Below are positions 62,385 through 64,000 of a DNA stretch of 64,000 nt, piece by piece. The translations under genes were made by a program, and so were the position numbers. Location: contig DF238763.1 of assembly GCA_000708835.1 (NCBI GenBank), positions 1 through 64,000 on the forward strand, written 5' to 3'. The notes under the pieces were generated by a model that was not told the origin of the DNA, made no database searches, and was given only the letters and a program-made list of their open reading frames with translations. Within the stretch, counting starts at the first letter, position 1; each line of letters begins with the position of its first letter. The stretch comes from Klebsormidium nitens. Lineage: Eukaryota; Plantae; Klebsormidiophyceae.

Positions 62385-62457
62385 TAGGCCTAGTAGGGCT
62401 CGAACCTACACATTCACCGTTATGAGCGGTGTGCTCTACCAGTTAAACTATAGGCCT
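62385..62457 (-). tRNA. trnI: tRNA-Ile(CAU), lysidine type
   Basis: Anticodon arm CACCG-CTCATAA-CGGTG, characteristic of Ile2; fMet and eMet are already accounted for. Confidence 0.88.
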
Positions 62458-62649
62458 ATGCTGAATAAAATTGCAAGGAGTGAATTGCAACGTTATGGGC
62501 GCTCTCCCAACCATCGCAGCAAAAAAAGACTCTTTTTTTAGCAAAAGGGCATGCGTCTTATTGGAGGGGCGGTAACCACTCAATGAAAGAAAGAGGTGCA
62601 ACCTAAGAGTCCCCCCCAACGAGGAGCTATGCTCACCAATTTGTTTGAG

Positions 62650-62769
62650 GTGGAACGAAGTCGCTCTCCCCCAAGGGGAGTGGAACGAAGTCGCTCTCCC
62701 CCAAGGGGAGTGGAACGAAGTCGCTCTCCCCCAAGGGGAGTGGAACGAAGTCGCTCTCCCCCAAGGGGA
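62650..62769. repeat. Tandem array, 4 x 30-nt unit GTGGAACGAAGTCGCTCTCCCCCAAGGGGA
   Basis: Direct reading. Confidence 0.95.
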
Positions 62770-62994
62770 GTGGAACGAAGTAAAAAAAGAGATTTTTTTG
62801 AACAAAGTGGGGCACGCCAATGCCGCTAATGAAATCAATCCACTCCCCTTCGGGGAGTGGCTCTTCGCTCCCGATAGGGAGTGGAAGGCAGAGGAGGTGA
62901 AAGGAATCTGGTGGTTAAAGGGGGGGCGAGGGTTTTGAGCTTGTTTCCCCCAAAATTGGCTCATCCCCCCACTTATAGCCTCTCTGATTCTTCA

Positions 62995-64000
62995 TTATAT
63001 ACGGCTGTGTTCAATACAATGCATGACCGAATCGTGCATAGTGTCAAGAAATATTTGAGGATAAATTCCCATCCAAATTACAACAATTACAAAAGGTAAG
63101 AACATAAAAAATTCTCTTCGGTTACAATCAGAGTAGGTGGCAAGAAAGTGAGGCTTTAAGTTTCCAAAAGCTACACGATTGTAAAGCCATAAGGAATAAG
63201 CTGCTCCTAGCACCATTCCTGTTGCAGCAAGAGTCGCAACAAATGTATTGCTTTGAAAAGCACCTACAAGAATCAAAAATTCGCCTACAAAACTACTTGT
63301 TCCAGGCAGACTCATATTCGCCAACGTAAAGAACAAGAATATTGCGCAAAAGACTGGCATTGTATTTGCTAATCCTCCGTAATAACGAACAAGTCTTGTG
63401 TGATGCCGGTCATAGAGCACACCTACACATAAAAAAAGCGCAGACGATACAAATCCATGGCTTAACATTAACATTAAGCTTCCTTCAATTCCTTGCGGAT
63501 TGAGGCTAAACAAACCAATGGTTACAAAATTCATATGAGCCACAGATGAGTACGCAATAATCTTTTTTAAATCAACCTGGCGCAGTGTAGTACAAGAGGT
63601 GTATACAATTGCAATCACAGAGAGTGTGAAGATCAGTGGCGTAAAATAAAGCGTAGCATCGGGAAACATTGGAATAGAGAAACGTAAAAAACCGTATGTG
63701 CCCAATTTGAGTAGGATTCCAGCTAAGATCACAGAGCCTGCGGTTGGTGCTTCAACATGGGCTTCTGGCAACCATATATGAACTGGAACCATTGGTACTT
63801 TTACCGCAAACGAGGCAAAGAAAGCAAGCCATAGCAAAATCTGACGGCGTTCGCTAAATTCAGTCGTATACAAGATTTGTATATCCGTAGTACCTGTTTG
63901 AAAGAAAAGAAAAAGAATGCCTAGCAGCATAAAAACAGATCCAAACAATGTATATAAAAAAAATTGATAAGCCGCCCGTATCTTTCTTTCTCGTGAGCCC
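62995..64000 (-). CDS. nad4: NADH dehydrogenase subunit 4 (5' part lies beyond the window end)
   Basis: VKVPMVPVHIWLPEAHVEAPTAGS, DLKKIIAYSSVAHM, SLPGTSSFVGE. Confidence 0.98.
   Translation of the reverse strand, partial: GSRERKIRAAYQFFLYTLFGSVFMLLGILFLFFQTGTTDIQILYTTEFSERRQILLWLAFFASFAVKVPMVPVHIWLPEAHVEAPTAGSVILAGILLKLGTYGFLRFSIPMFPDATLYFTPLIFTLSVIAIVYTSCTTLRQVDLKKIIAYSSVAHMNFVTIGLFSLNPQGIEGSLMLMLSHGFVSSALFLCVGVLYDRHHTRLVRYYGGLANTMPVFCAIFLFFTLANMSLPGTSSFVGEFLILVGAFQSNTFVATLAATGMVLGAAYSLWLYNRVAFGNLKPHFLATYSDCNRREFFMFLPFVIVVIWMGIYPQIFLDTMHDSVMHCIEHSRI

Noticed and set aside
62385-62400. att-site duplication of the trnI 3' end at the far side of the island
   Set aside because: No second copy of TAGGCCTAGTAGGG was found near 56.5-57 kb, so tRNA-targeted integration is unproven
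62443-62964. ORFs of 173, 97, 77 and 60 aa
   Set aside because: Translations of the 4 x 30-nt array

Overview
This window is 64 kb of a green-plant mitochondrial genome, most likely from a streptophyte (charophyte) alga. The assignment rests on the standard genetic code with trnW(CCA), an unsplit ccmF, a retained rpl14, and core proteins that read correctly without C-to-U mRNA editing; Klebsormidiophyceae is a guess, not a demonstrated result. Respiratory genes: nad1, nad2, nad3, nad6, nad7, nad9, partial nad4, cox2 (one group II intron with an RT/maturase), cox3, cob, atp1, atp4, atp6, atp8, atp9 and ccmF. Translation genes: rps3, rps4, rps7, rps11, rps12, rps13, rps14, rpl5, rpl14, rpl16, rns (one group I intron with a decayed LAGLIDADG gene), rrn5, rnl and 22 tRNA genes. 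Spacers are filled with a modular family of short linker-plus-hairpin repeats, which have also invaded ccmF, rps11, both large rRNAs and the homing endonuclease. The most notable foreign DNA is (1) a convergent, recently decayed Type II restriction-modification pair (C5 methyltransferase plus Eco47II/Sau96I-like endonuclease) at 44.4-45.9 kb and (2) an integrated plasmid- or phage-like island at about 57-62 kb with two head-to-head tyrosine recombinases (one fused to a DDE/rve integrase), a Rep_trans-like rolling-circle initiator and iteron-like repeats. Other notable signals: a 761-aa rps11 that hides a second, split S11-like domain; an A_AAA_AAG slippery site joining the cox2 maturase to its HNH domain; a trnT(GGU) with three C:A mismatches; and three compensatory base-pair swaps in the conserved core of rns. 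All family assignments are from motif recognition by eye; no database search was run.
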